DNA of 64,000 bases, from positions 43,372 through 107,371 of the forward strand of contig CAJTIX010000002.1 in assembly GCA_910576795.1 (NCBI GenBank), given 5' to 3'. The position numbers were made by a program, and so were the translations under genes. Under the pieces are notes generated by a model, which was not told the origin of the DNA, searched no databases, and saw only the letters and a program-made list of their open reading frames with translations. This DNA comes from an uncultured Bacilli bacterium (GTDB lineage Bacteria; Bacillota_I; Bacilli_A; RF39; UBA660). This document shows, piece by piece, positions 38,904-47,563 of this stretch (within the stretch, counting starts at the first letter, position 1; every line of letters begins with the position of its first letter).

Positions 38904-39533
38904 ATGAGTAAAATATCATTAGAAAAATTTATTGAAAATACAAAAGGAACACAAGTAGATGTTCCGTGGGAAACAAAAAGTAAATTAAAAGGACAATGTG
39001 TTAGTTTGATTCAACAATATATCTTACAATGCCTAGAACAGCCTGCACAAGCTCGTGGTGATGCGAAAGACTGGATTACTTCATATGTGAACGAGGGACT
39101 AGGTTTCGTTGCTGACAAGCCACGAAAAGGGGATATTTTGGTGTTTCCAAATGATGGTGTTATCAATGGTGTTTCATATGGCCATATTGCAATCTGTGTT
39201 GATGAAAATACATTGTATGATCAAAATAACTTTAGACATGACAATGGATTATGTGGATATGGCCAAATCTTTACTACTGATTACGTAGTATTAAGACCAT
39301 ATGCTGAATTAATAGAAGAAACAAAGCCAGTAGAAACACCAGTTCAAGAGTCAATCGAAGAACAACCACAAGTTGATATCCTGGATTTAGTCCGTAGAAC
39401 CATTCGTGGTGACTTTGGAAATGGACAAGCCCGTAGAGATGCTTTAGGTTCAAACTACGATGAAGTTCAAAGACAAGTTAATTTGAATTTGCAAAATGGA
39501 TTAACTCAATGGGACAACATTAGATTGTTCTAA
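38904..39533 (+). CDS. Endolysin: CHAP domain plus C-terminal CW_7 (Cpl-7-like) cell-wall-binding repeat
   Basis: Catalytic Cys (KGQCVSLIQQY) and His (YGHIAICV) of CHAP; C-terminal VRRTIRGDFGNGQARRDALGSNYDEVQRQVN matches the CW_7 repeat. Confidence 0.8.
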   Translation: MSKISLEKFIENTKGTQVDVPWETKSKLKGQCVSLIQQYILQCLEQPAQARGDAKDWITSYVNEGLGFVADKPRKGDILVFPNDGVINGVSYGHIAICVDENTLYDQNNFRHDNGLCGYGQIFTTDYVVLRPYAELIEETKPVETPVQESIEEQPQVDILDLVRRTIRGDFGNGQARRDALGSNYDEVQRQVNLNLQNGLTQWDNIRLF

Positions 39534-39542
39534 ATAATAAAG

Positions 39543-39569
39543 CCTAGTCGTTTGACTAGGTGTTTTTTT
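39543..39569 (+). terminator. Rho-independent terminator after endolysin
   Basis: cctagtc-gtttg-actagg hairpin plus T9. Confidence 0.7.
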
Positions 39570-39605
39570 GTGCAAAAATATAAATAACTATGTGCAAACA
39601 CTTTT

Positions 39606-39646
39606 TATTTGAAAGCATTGATTTATGTAGATTTATGTCGTATAAT
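39606..39646 (+). promoter_or_regulatory. Putative own promoter of the cargo gene (TTGAAA ... TGTCGTATAAT)
   Basis: ttgaaa and extended -10 tgtcgtataat upstream of 39694. Confidence 0.35.
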
Positions 39647-39693
39647 CATAAAAAGACAGCAGTATTGTCTTACTAATTAATGGAGGGAAGATA

Positions 39694-40518
39694 ATGAAAT
39701 CTAGTGAAAAAATAGTTTCTGCTGTTAATATAGAACAGGCTATAAAAGAGGAATTTGAAATTGCACCAAAAATAGTAAAGCCAAAAGTTATTCAATATAA
39801 TTGTATCTATAGTATGTTATACAATGGTGATTTAATAAAAGGTTTGGTTTTATATAATATTTCAAGTAATCATTATGTTGTAGTGCAAATTTTTGATGAA
39901 GAGAAAACAGACTCTATATATCTTAAAAGCATTGATAAATACATTTTATTTAATCAAGTTTTAGATGTTGCAAGAAAGGAAGTTAACTCTGCTATATATT
40001 CAAAAGGATCAGTTCTTCGTATAAATAATCGAGATCGTAAAATTATTATTAATGGATTAAAAAAGATGTTTATTAAAAACATAAGTAATTTAACAAATCC
40101 GTTTATTCCTGATGATCTTAATTGTTTAAAATGGTTTAATAAAGAATTGGTTTTAAATAAAGAACAAGATCATATATCGGAATTATATCGACAAAGACAG
40201 GTGTGTTGGGTTGATTTTGGTACTAATGTTGGTTCAGAATTACGAAAATTAAGACCAGCAATATTGTGGCGATCTTCAAAGGATAAAAAAATATGGACAG
40301 TTATACCTTTAAGTACAAAGTGCAAACAAGACAATTATTATTTTCATTATGATTTAAATAGTGTAAACGATTGTAGTGCTAAAATAGAATCTATGATGAA
40401 TTTTAGTTATAAAAGAATAGTTAGTCCGTATTACAATAAAAATGTTTTAGCTTATATAAATATTGATGATTATCAAAATATCAGAGCAATTATTAAAAAA
40501 TATTATACATTTTCATAG
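39694..40518 (+). CDS. Fusion protein: N-terminal domain of unknown function plus C-terminal MazF/PemK(Kid)-like toxin domain
   Basis: C-terminal VCWVDFGTNVGSELRKLRPAILW ... TVIPLSTK matches the conserved [IV]W.VDF.P..G.E....RPA.V and v.P.[ST][ST] pattern of MazF/Kid; own promoter and terminator. Confidence 0.6.
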   Translation: MKSSEKIVSAVNIEQAIKEEFEIAPKIVKPKVIQYNCIYSMLYNGDLIKGLVLYNISSNHYVVVQIFDEEKTDSIYLKSIDKYILFNQVLDVARKEVNSAIYSKGSVLRINNRDRKIIINGLKKMFIKNISNLTNPFIPDDLNCLKWFNKELVLNKEQDHISELYRQRQVCWVDFGTNVGSELRKLRPAILWRSSKDKKIWTVIPLSTKCKQDNYYFHYDLNSVNDCSAKIESMMNFSYKRIVSPYYNKNVLAYINIDDYQNIRAIIKKYYTFS

Positions 40519-40655
40519 CAAATATTTAAAAATGTAAATAAAAAATCAATAAATTTGAATATTTATTCAATAAAAAGTTGACAATTTGTTAAAAATAAGA
40601 TAAACTTATATTACATTTAATTGATGCATGTGAAAACATGGAATAGATTTAGTTC

Positions 40656-40682
40656 GAAAAAAGGATTTAATTCCTTTTTTTG
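40656..40682 (+). terminator. Rho-independent terminator
   Basis: aagga-tttaat-tcctt hairpin plus T-run. Confidence 0.55.
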
Positions 40683-40696
40683 CTTACTAATTAATT

Positions 40697-40725
40697 TTGA
40701 CTTACTATTTCAAATATGTTATAAT
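40697..40725 (+). promoter_or_regulatory. Consensus sigma-A promoter TTGACT-17-TATAAT
   Basis: Perfect -35 / 17-nt spacer / perfect -10. Confidence 0.7.
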
Positions 40726-40731
40726 TTGAAT

Positions 40732-40896
40732 GTAATATGAACCGCGAGGTTTTGAGACCATTTTTATTTGGCAGCGATGCCGTGAGCTTTAAACAAAGAC
40801 CCATAGCGGTCCGAAAGTTGTTATTTGACCCATAGCGGTCCGTTTTTGCTGATCAGTCGTTGATGAGCTAAAATTCCAACTAACAGTTGGTTTTTT
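40732..40896 (+). ncRNA. Candidate structured small RNA (about 160 nt) with GNRA hairpins and two GACCCATAGCGGTCCG repeats
   Basis: Bounded by consensus promoter and hairpin+T6 terminator (40876-40896); locally GC-rich; hairpins AACC-GCGA-GGTT (40740-40751) and GGCA-GCGA-TGCC (40770-40781); 16-nt repeats at 40798-40813 and 40827-40842; only ORF is 31 codons without SD. Confidence 0.5.
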
Positions 40897-41074
40897 ATTT
40901 TTCTCTTAACAATTCAAAGAAACGATCAGAATACTCTTGTTGCATTTCAATTGCTTTTATAAATTGTGCCTTAGTTTCATCGTTATTAAATCTTGAATGT
41001 GCTATTCTGCATTTTCTTACTAGATCATTGATTACATCCAAAACATTCTTTTTGTATAATTCTATAATTGACAT
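40895..41074 (-). CDS. Small helical protein (59 aa)
   Basis: ATG with AGGTGA SD; convergent with the sRNA and shares the bidirectional terminator hairpin; below track cutoff. Confidence 0.45.
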   Translation of the reverse strand: MSIIELYKKNVLDVINDLVRKCRIAHSRFNNDETKAQFIKAIEMQQEYSDRFFELLREK

Positions 41075-41183
41075 GATATCACCTGTTATTAGTATGTGAA
41101 TGATTTTAAAATGTATAATATTATATAATCAATTTGACAATCAATATTAATCTGTTATAATACCCTTTTCAGGGGATGTTACT

Positions 41184-41342
41184 ATGCAAATACAAATAAT
41201 AACAGATATATCAAAGATAAAACATATTACAAATAAAGAGACTAAAATAGTCTATCTAAAATACAATAAAAAACGCGCATTCTATAGCACGGATTTAGTA
41301 AAATGGTATATGACATCAGTTGAACGTTTAAAAGGGCTATAA
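41184..41342 (+). CDS. Small protein (52 aa)
   Basis: ATG with AGGGGA SD; upstream ttgaca ... tataat promoter at about 41137-41166; below track cutoff. Confidence 0.4.
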   Translation: MQIQIITDISKIKHITNKETKIVYLKYNKKRAFYSTDLVKWYMTSVERLKGL

Positions 41343-42062
41343 GTCCTTTTTATTTATGTAGTTGAGGATGTCTTTTAAATACTTCTCGGAGACTTTATCA
41401 ATAACAATATTGTCTTCTAAATAAATACTTCTATTCTTTTTATCTATTTTTTCAATTAAATCAGTATTAATGACTTTTGATTTAAAACAATACATAAATC
41501 TTTCGTCTAAACTGTTTAAAATTTCTGTCAATGTTCTACTTACTAAAACATCACTCGATTTGGTTACAATTTTGCATTGTCTATCATTATAGTCAATATA
41601 AATAATTTTATTGATTTGCAATTGAATATAAGCTTCTCGAGTGTTAATTCTTAAAATACGTTTTCTAACTTTTGGCAGTATTAAATATCGTAATTCTTCT
41701 TTTAATTGTTCCATCCAATCTTTTTCCTCTTTATGAATAAATTTTGAGAACATAATTTTCTCTGAAAGTAATTGGTCTTGATATTCGACTTTATGACTTG
41801 TTATAATAATTATAGGGCAATCGGAACCAAGTTTTCTAATTTTATTTGCTATTTGTATACCGTTCAGCGTTGAAAGTTCTATGTCCAAAATATAAATTTT
41901 GTAAAAGTCATCAGATTTGATATTCTTTTCTAATTCATCATTATAATCATAAAATCTACTGATCTTGTATTTTAATTTGTTTTGAATTTGAAAAGAGTTG
42001 ATAATCTTATAAATCTGTTCATTAAATTGTTTATTATCTTCTACTATTATTATTTCAAACAT
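41337..42062 (-). CDS. Orphan LytTR-family response regulator (AgrA/ComE-like)
   Basis: N-terminal receiver (IIVEDN ... YILDIEL phospho-Asp region) and C-terminal LytTR DNA-binding domain; no histidine kinase nearby. Confidence 0.75.
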   Translation of the reverse strand: MFEIIIVEDNKQFNEQIYKIINSFQIQNKLKYKISRFYDYNDELEKNIKSDDFYKIYILDIELSTLNGIQIANKIRKLGSDCPIIIITSHKVEYQDQLLSEKIMFSKFIHKEEKDWMEQLKEELRYLILPKVRKRILRINTREAYIQLQINKIIYIDYNDRQCKIVTKSSDVLVSRTLTEILNSLDERFMYCFKSKVINTDLIEKIDKKNRSIYLEDNIVIDKVSEKYLKDILNYINKKDL

Positions 42063-42272
42063 ACAACATACTACCCACTACTATTTTTATACTGTTTAAT
42101 TATCGCATTAAAAATAAAAATTATCAATAGGAAAAATTATGAAAATTTTGACCCCATTTTGACCCCAAACTTTAAAATAATGAAAAAATTTAGCTATTTT
42201 GATTTAAATTAATTTATTGATATACAAAGGCTTTTGAACTAAATTAAAATAAAAAAATGTAATCTTTTAGAA

Positions 42273-42292
42273 CGAACTGGGGCAGCCAAATA
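42273..42292. repeat. attR core: second copy of 20-bp direct repeat
   Basis: Exact match to 1321-1340; followed by a host-type terminator hairpin accgttg-taaat-caatggt plus T-run. Confidence 0.8.
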
Positions 42293-42553
42293 GATAATAA
42301 CCGTTGTAAATCAATGGTTTTATTTTGTTAAATTATCATTTGAACCTATTTTGGTTCTACAATATTAGCGAAAGAATAAAGAGCAATGATGAGACATTTA
42401 ATGTGTAAATTGAATTGCATAGCCTTTTTTTTAATAGTAAAAATTTGACAATTTCAAAAATGATGATATAATACATGACATTCCATTGAATAAAAAGGAA
42501 AAAATCATAATATAGTTTGCATGTAGAAAATTTATAATTTGCTATTTGTAAAC

Positions 42554-42564
42554 GGGGGGGGGGG
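42554..42564. repeat. Homopolymeric G11 tract in 5' leader of 42607 gene
   Basis: Direct reading; genome is about 30% GC. Confidence 0.6.
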
Positions 42565-42606
42565 AAATACCCTCTTTTTTATGGTTGGGATAAAGGAGTG
42601 ACTAGC

Positions 42607-43788
42607 ATGATGCAGATAAATACCAAGGCTGACTTTGATCAGATAATAGAAAGAATAAATAAATTGGTGGAAAAATATGAAAATAATCCATTACACTATA
42701 ACCAATACCAATTCTTTTTGGCAAACGGGGATAGAATATTCTTTGAAATGGCACCACAATATATTGGACATTTACTAGGAATACGTTTAGACTATCTTAG
42801 ATCAACTAAACTATTCAAAAATCAAGATAGTTATGGTCTACTAAAAGAGTTCTTGGAAAATGCTTATTCTGTCTATCAAAATATACAAGCAGGACATCTG
42901 TCCTATAAATCTATATTTTCAGAATATTTAGAGGATAAATTAGAAACTTTTGAAACTATTTTATACTATTTTGTTCCTGATGATATTGAATTTGTTTGTA
43001 AATACAGTAAAAGTAGAACTTTCCAGTTAGGTATGGAGACAGATTATCCATGTGATTATTTTTTTGCAAAGAAGGATAAAAACAATGATATTCATTTATT
43101 AGGATTAATTAGGCAGGAAAATGCTTATGCACCTATGACAAGCATGAAATTTCATAGCGATGAGAGGCAAGTATCTAAATTAAAACATCTCTTTACAAAT
43201 CAAATATTAACATATGTGAGTTCAATATTGATAACCAACCCAGTTACTAATTTTAGAAATCAAACCCACATGATTCTTCAATGCAAATTAGATAAAATAA
43301 AAAATTTGAATACTTTGAGTCACTATGGAACTGGTATCTCTATTGATATATCATCAGAATGTCAATTTGCCGTAAATGGAAATATAATAAAACTCAATAA
43401 AATTAACACATATAAAATTATGTGCCAACAATTTGCACAAGCAATTGAAAATCATGAAATATTTTCACTTGAACAAATAGATGAAACAATGCAAGAACAA
43501 TTAGATGAAGAAATCTTACAATTAATTCAAATATATAATAATGAAATTTGTATGGATAAAAATAATAATTCAGCCCAAACAACGTATAGTGAACTATTAG
43601 AACAGTATAAAACACTATCAAAACAAGTAGCTAGTTTAAATGAACAACTGCAATCTGCAAATGAACAATCCCGTTTATACTATGAACAAATGCAAATGTT
43701 ACAAAAAGAAAATGAACAATATAGAGAATTTCAAAATCAGATATTTCAAGTTGTTGATGATCAAAAACAAAAGGTAATAGCGTCATAA
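42607..43788 (+). CDS. Hypothetical protein with C-terminal coiled coil
   Basis: About 393 aa; AAGGAG SD; promoter ttgaca-16/17-tataat at 42437-42466. Confidence 0.5.
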   Translation: MMQINTKADFDQIIERINKLVEKYENNPLHYNQYQFFLANGDRIFFEMAPQYIGHLLGIRLDYLRSTKLFKNQDSYGLLKEFLENAYSVYQNIQAGHLSYKSIFSEYLEDKLETFETILYYFVPDDIEFVCKYSKSRTFQLGMETDYPCDYFFAKKDKNNDIHLLGLIRQENAYAPMTSMKFHSDERQVSKLKHLFTNQILTYVSSILITNPVTNFRNQTHMILQCKLDKIKNLNTLSHYGTGISIDISSECQFAVNGNIIKLNKINTYKIMCQQFAQAIENHEIFSLEQIDETMQEQLDEEILQLIQIYNNEICMDKNNNSAQTTYSELLEQYKTLSKQVASLNEQLQSANEQSRLYYEQMQMLQKENEQYREFQNQIFQVVDDQKQKVIAS

Positions 43789-43812
43789 ATGCTATTATTT
43801 TTTAATTAGTAC

Positions 43813-44184
43813 TTGACAATACACAGTAGTTGGCATAAAATGATAATGAGAGGTGATACTATCAACACACAATTTAAAAAAGGTGTCCTAGAGTTGATTG
43901 TATTATTATGTGTCAGTAAAAAAGATATGTATGGCTATGAACTCATTGAAGAGGTTTCTAAAGTAGTTGATGTTAACGATGGAACAATTTATCCATTATT
44001 AAAACGACTTACAAATGAAAAATATGCTGATACTTATTTAGAAGAATCTACAGAAGGACCACCAAGAAAATATTATAAAATAACAGTACTTGGAACAGAT
44101 AGATTGCAAGAACTAATTGATAGTTGGACAACATTTGCCTCATCTGTCAATCAATTTATAAAGGAGAGTGAAAAACATGAGTAA
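43813..44184 (+). CDS. PadR-family transcriptional regulator
   Basis: GYELIEEVS ... DGTIYPLLKRL winged-helix signature. Confidence 0.75.
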   Translation: MTIHSSWHKMIMRGDTINTQFKKGVLELIVLLCVSKKDMYGYELIEEVSKVVDVNDGTIYPLLKRLTNEKYADTYLEESTEGPPRKYYKITVLGTDRLQELIDSWTTFASSVNQFIKESEKHE

Positions 44185-45547
44185 ACAGAAATTTTTAAAA
44201 GAACTGGGAAAAAAATTAGAAATTTTAAGTGAGACGGAAAAAGAAGATATTTTAAATGAATATCGTGATATCATTGAAGAAAAAGTAAAACATGGGAAAA
44301 CAGAAGAAGAGGCTGTGAAAGAATTTGGAAGTATTGACGAACTGTCAAAAGAAATATTATCCACTTACAAAATCAATCCTGAATATAATCAAAAAAAGAG
44401 TGAAAATGCCAAATCAAAGGATTTTGTAGAAACAACAGAGGGATTTATCAAAAAAGGAGCACAAAAATTATCCGAAGTAACAGAAAATATGGTAGATACA
44501 TTAAAACAATCAGATGTAGAACTGACCACTGAAAAAATTTTCGAAATTATTCTAAAAGTTATTTTGGTGTTATTTGGGCTTGCTCTTTTAAAACTACCTT
44601 TTTATCTGATTGGAGAATTGGGTGCAAGTATATTCAATATTGGATTTGCACCATTCAATTGGATTTCGGAAACCGTATGGAAAATTTTAGTGGAGGTTAT
44701 ATATCTTGCAGCTTGTATTTTAGTGATATTTACGATTATTACAAAATATACCAAACCGATTTCAAAAAAGATAGAGGCATCTAGAAAAGAAAACTCAGAA
44801 GATACTGTTGCTAAAGAGGAAGATTCAAATTCTAAAAAAAAACAAGTAAATAGAGAACCTTCTAGTAATATTTTTATCACAATTTTAAAAATATTTGTAT
44901 GCATCGTAGTTTTATTTCCAATATGGTGTGCAAACTTTGGGCTTGTAATTGCCATTGCTGTTGTAATTTATTTATTATGTCATGGCGTTTCTATGGTTGG
45001 TATCTTAATTTTATTACTAGGAATTACGATTATTGGCTTTGAACTTGGTCATATCATTTATAATTTATTATTTGTAAGAAAAAAATATCATATGAGTTCT
45101 CTTCTAATTGGTTTTATTATGGTATTATTGGGTTCTTTTATGACACTAGATTATGTGAGTGAATTTACTTATTACAATACATTACCAGAAAACGAATTTA
45201 AAAAGAACACTATGATTTATGAAGAGGCAATTACACAACCAACGTATATTGATGCAGACCATACTGAAATCATTATAGATTCTAGTTTGGAAGATTATAA
45301 AGCCAAATTAGAAGTTTCCTATTACAGTGAATATGTGAATGTTTCAAAACATGTGATTACACATGATACTTATCATACGATTTATTTTGATATTAGTAAT
45401 GTTCGTAATTCTTTCAATTGGAAACGAGACATCAATGAAAAATTCATCAAACAACTGAATCGTAAAGAAATATTCAATTATAGTTTACTAGCAGATGTAA
45501 CTGTTAAAATATATGTAAATGAAACTACAAAGGGCTTAATTCAATAG
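44168..45547 (+). CDS. PadR-associated membrane protein (DUF1700-like)
   Basis: Overlaps padR; N-terminal soluble region then multiple TM helices. Confidence 0.5.
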   Translation: MKNMSKQKFLKELGKKLEILSETEKEDILNEYRDIIEEKVKHGKTEEEAVKEFGSIDELSKEILSTYKINPEYNQKKSENAKSKDFVETTEGFIKKGAQKLSEVTENMVDTLKQSDVELTTEKIFEIILKVILVLFGLALLKLPFYLIGELGASIFNIGFAPFNWISETVWKILVEVIYLAACILVIFTIITKYTKPISKKIEASRKENSEDTVAKEEDSNSKKKQVNREPSSNIFITILKIFVCIVVLFPIWCANFGLVIAIAVVIYLLCHGVSMVGILILLLGITIIGFELGHIIYNLLFVRKKYHMSSLLIGFIMVLLGSFMTLDYVSEFTYYNTLPENEFKKNTMIYEEAITQPTYIDADHTEIIIDSSLEDYKAKLEVSYYSEYVNVSKHVITHDTYHTIYFDISNVRNSFNWKRDINEKFIKQLNRKEIFNYSLLADVTVKIYVNETTKGLIQ

Positions 45548-45621
45548 TCCTTTTTTAATACTATGGATACGTATTTCATATAATTATGTTATAATAAATA
45601 ACGTAGAGTAGGGAGGATATT

Positions 45622-46449
45622 ATGAATTTAATTGAAATCATTAAAACAATCTCTTTAGGAATTGTAGAGGGCATTACAGAATGGTTGCCAATTAGTAGTA
45701 CAGGACATATGATTCTAGTAGATGAATTCATTCATATGGATATTACACCAGAATTTAAGGAAATGTTTTTAGTTGTAATTCAACTAGGGGCTATTTTATC
45801 AGTGGTAGTTTTATATTTTTCAAAATTGTTTCCATTTACAATTGATAGGGGAATACATATTGACAAAGATAAATTTTCAATGTGGTTTAAAATTATAGTT
45901 GCAACCATTCCAGCTGCGATTGTGGGAGTTCTCTTTGAAGATCAAATGAATCTTTATTTTAACAATTATCAAACAGTTGCGATAATGTTAATTTTATTTG
46001 GTATCTTATTTATTGTAGTTGAAAATCGTAATAAAAATAGAATACCAAAAGTAAATTCGATTGCAGAAATTACTTATAATACAGCTTTTTTGATTGGTGT
46101 TTGGCAATTGATTGCTGCTGTTTTCCCTGGGACTTCAAGATCTGGTGCAACCATCATTGGAGCATTATTGTTAGGCGTTTCTAGAACAACGGCAACAGAA
46201 TTTACCTTTTTCCTAGCAATTCCAGCTATGTTTGGTGCAAGTTTATTAAAAATAATCAAATTTGGTTTCGCTTTTACAACATCAGAGGTCGTAATCTTAC
46301 TAGTAGGTATGTTAACTGCATTTATTGTTTCTATTTTGGCGATTAAATTTTTAATGGGATATATTAAGAAAAATGATTTCAAACCATTTGGTTGGTATCG
46401 TATTATTTTAGGAATTGTTGTTTTAGTTTACTTTTTCTTAATTGGATAA
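45622..46449 (+). CDS. uppP: Undecaprenyl-diphosphatase
   Basis: GIVEGITEWLPISSTGHMIL and PGTSRSGATI motifs. Confidence 0.85.
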   Translation: MNLIEIIKTISLGIVEGITEWLPISSTGHMILVDEFIHMDITPEFKEMFLVVIQLGAILSVVVLYFSKLFPFTIDRGIHIDKDKFSMWFKIIVATIPAAIVGVLFEDQMNLYFNNYQTVAIMLILFGILFIVVENRNKNRIPKVNSIAEITYNTAFLIGVWQLIAAVFPGTSRSGATIIGALLLGVSRTTATEFTFFLAIPAMFGASLLKIIKFGFAFTTSEVVILLVGMLTAFIVSILAIKFLMGYIKKNDFKPFGWYRIILGIVVLVYFFLIG

Positions 46450-46555
46450 TGCATGATTCATAACTGAATACAAGAATCGAAGAAATTTCGATTTTTTTGT
46501 TTATAAGAAGGAAATTGGAAAAAGACCTCGTATGTTATAGGTAGAGGTGGAATAA

Positions 46556-47467
46556 ATGAAAACCAAAGAATTAGAAATATTGAAATTAACATCAGATGTT
46601 GTATTTAAAGCATTTATGATGAGTAAACATACCAATGCACTCAAAGCAAGATTAATCCATTTGATTACAGGAATCGATGAAAATCTCTTATTAAAAGCAG
46701 AATATCAAAGTACAGAATTACCCGTAAGAAACAAAAGAGATAAAATTTATCAAACCGACATTGTTGTAAAAGTAGATCACTGTATCTTAAATATTGAAAT
46801 GAATGCAGAATATTATCCAGAATTTAAAATAAAGAATTCGGAATATCTTCATGTCATCGCAAGTGAATTATATGAAACAGGAGAGAAGTATGATCATAGA
46901 TGTGTGATTCAAATTAATATCGATGATTTTGATGCTTATGGATTAAATGAATTAATCTATGAATTTAGATTAATGGAAATGAGACATCATATTATAGAAG
47001 ATGAAAATTATAGATCGTACCATATTAACCTATCCAAAATAGAAAATTCATGTTATACTAATAATGAAAACGAATTGGTGAATATCTTAAGAATATTCAA
47101 AGCGACAAATGAAGAAGAATTGGATTGTTTAAGAGGAGAAGGTTATATGGATGAAGCGATTGATGAAATCAGAAGAATTTGTAGAGAACAGAATATCATA
47201 GGAGTATATAATGCAGAGAAAGTAGCAAACAAGGTAATGAACAACAGATTGGATTATGCGGAGCGCCAAGGATATGAAAAAGGACATAGCGCAGGATATC
47301 ATAGTGGCGAAGAGGTTGGTGTGGAAAAAGGAAAAATAGAAGAAAAAGTAGAGATTGCTAGGAATATGTTAGAAGATGCTATGCCAGATGAAACAATTAT
47401 GCGTATTTTAAATATTACACAAGAACAATTAGAGCAGTATAAGCAAACATTTTATACATCACATTGA
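46556..47467 (+). CDS. Rpn/YhgA-like PD-(D/E)XK nuclease family transposase-like protein
   Basis: N-terminal SDVVFKAFM ... IYQTDIVVKVD ... ILNIEMN pattern typical of the family. Confidence 0.55.
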   Translation: MKTKELEILKLTSDVVFKAFMMSKHTNALKARLIHLITGIDENLLLKAEYQSTELPVRNKRDKIYQTDIVVKVDHCILNIEMNAEYYPEFKIKNSEYLHVIASELYETGEKYDHRCVIQINIDDFDAYGLNELIYEFRLMEMRHHIIEDENYRSYHINLSKIENSCYTNNENELVNILRIFKATNEEELDCLRGEGYMDEAIDEIRRICREQNIIGVYNAEKVANKVMNNRLDYAERQGYEKGHSAGYHSGEEVGVEKGKIEEKVEIARNMLEDAMPDETIMRILNITQEQLEQYKQTFYTSH

Positions 47468-47563
47468 TAAATTGCTTGGAATACTTCCAAATATACATAA
47501 CAAGGTATGATACCTATACGAAAAAAGGATGCCATCATATACTACTTATGTAGGTGATTATAT

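Larger units (their letters stand above)
1321..42292. mobile_element. Integrated temperate prophage (siphovirus-like, about 41 kb) at tRNA-Gln
   Basis: Bounded by 20-bp direct repeats; integrase next to tRNA; full lysogeny, replication, packaging, morphogenesis and lysis modules. Confidence 0.85.

Noticed and set aside
40737-40832. 31-codon ORF (MNREVLRPFLFGSDAVSFKQRPIAVRKLLFDP) inside the sRNA
   Set aside because: No Shine-Dalgarno; start is 5 nt from predicted TSS; GC-rich hairpins dominate. Treated as non-coding, though a leaderless peptide cannot be excluded.
40730-40900. Match to fluoride (crcB), guanidine-II (mini-ykkC) or ZTP riboswitches
   Set aside because: Shares only superficial elements: GCGAUG/AAAC, and twin hairpins with GCGA (not ACGR) loops. 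The helices do not fit those consensus structures, and no downstream regulated gene on the same strand.
40887-41099. 70-aa plus-strand ORF
   Set aside because: No RBS and low-complexity; the opposite strand carries a 59-aa ORF with good SD and terminator, which is preferred.
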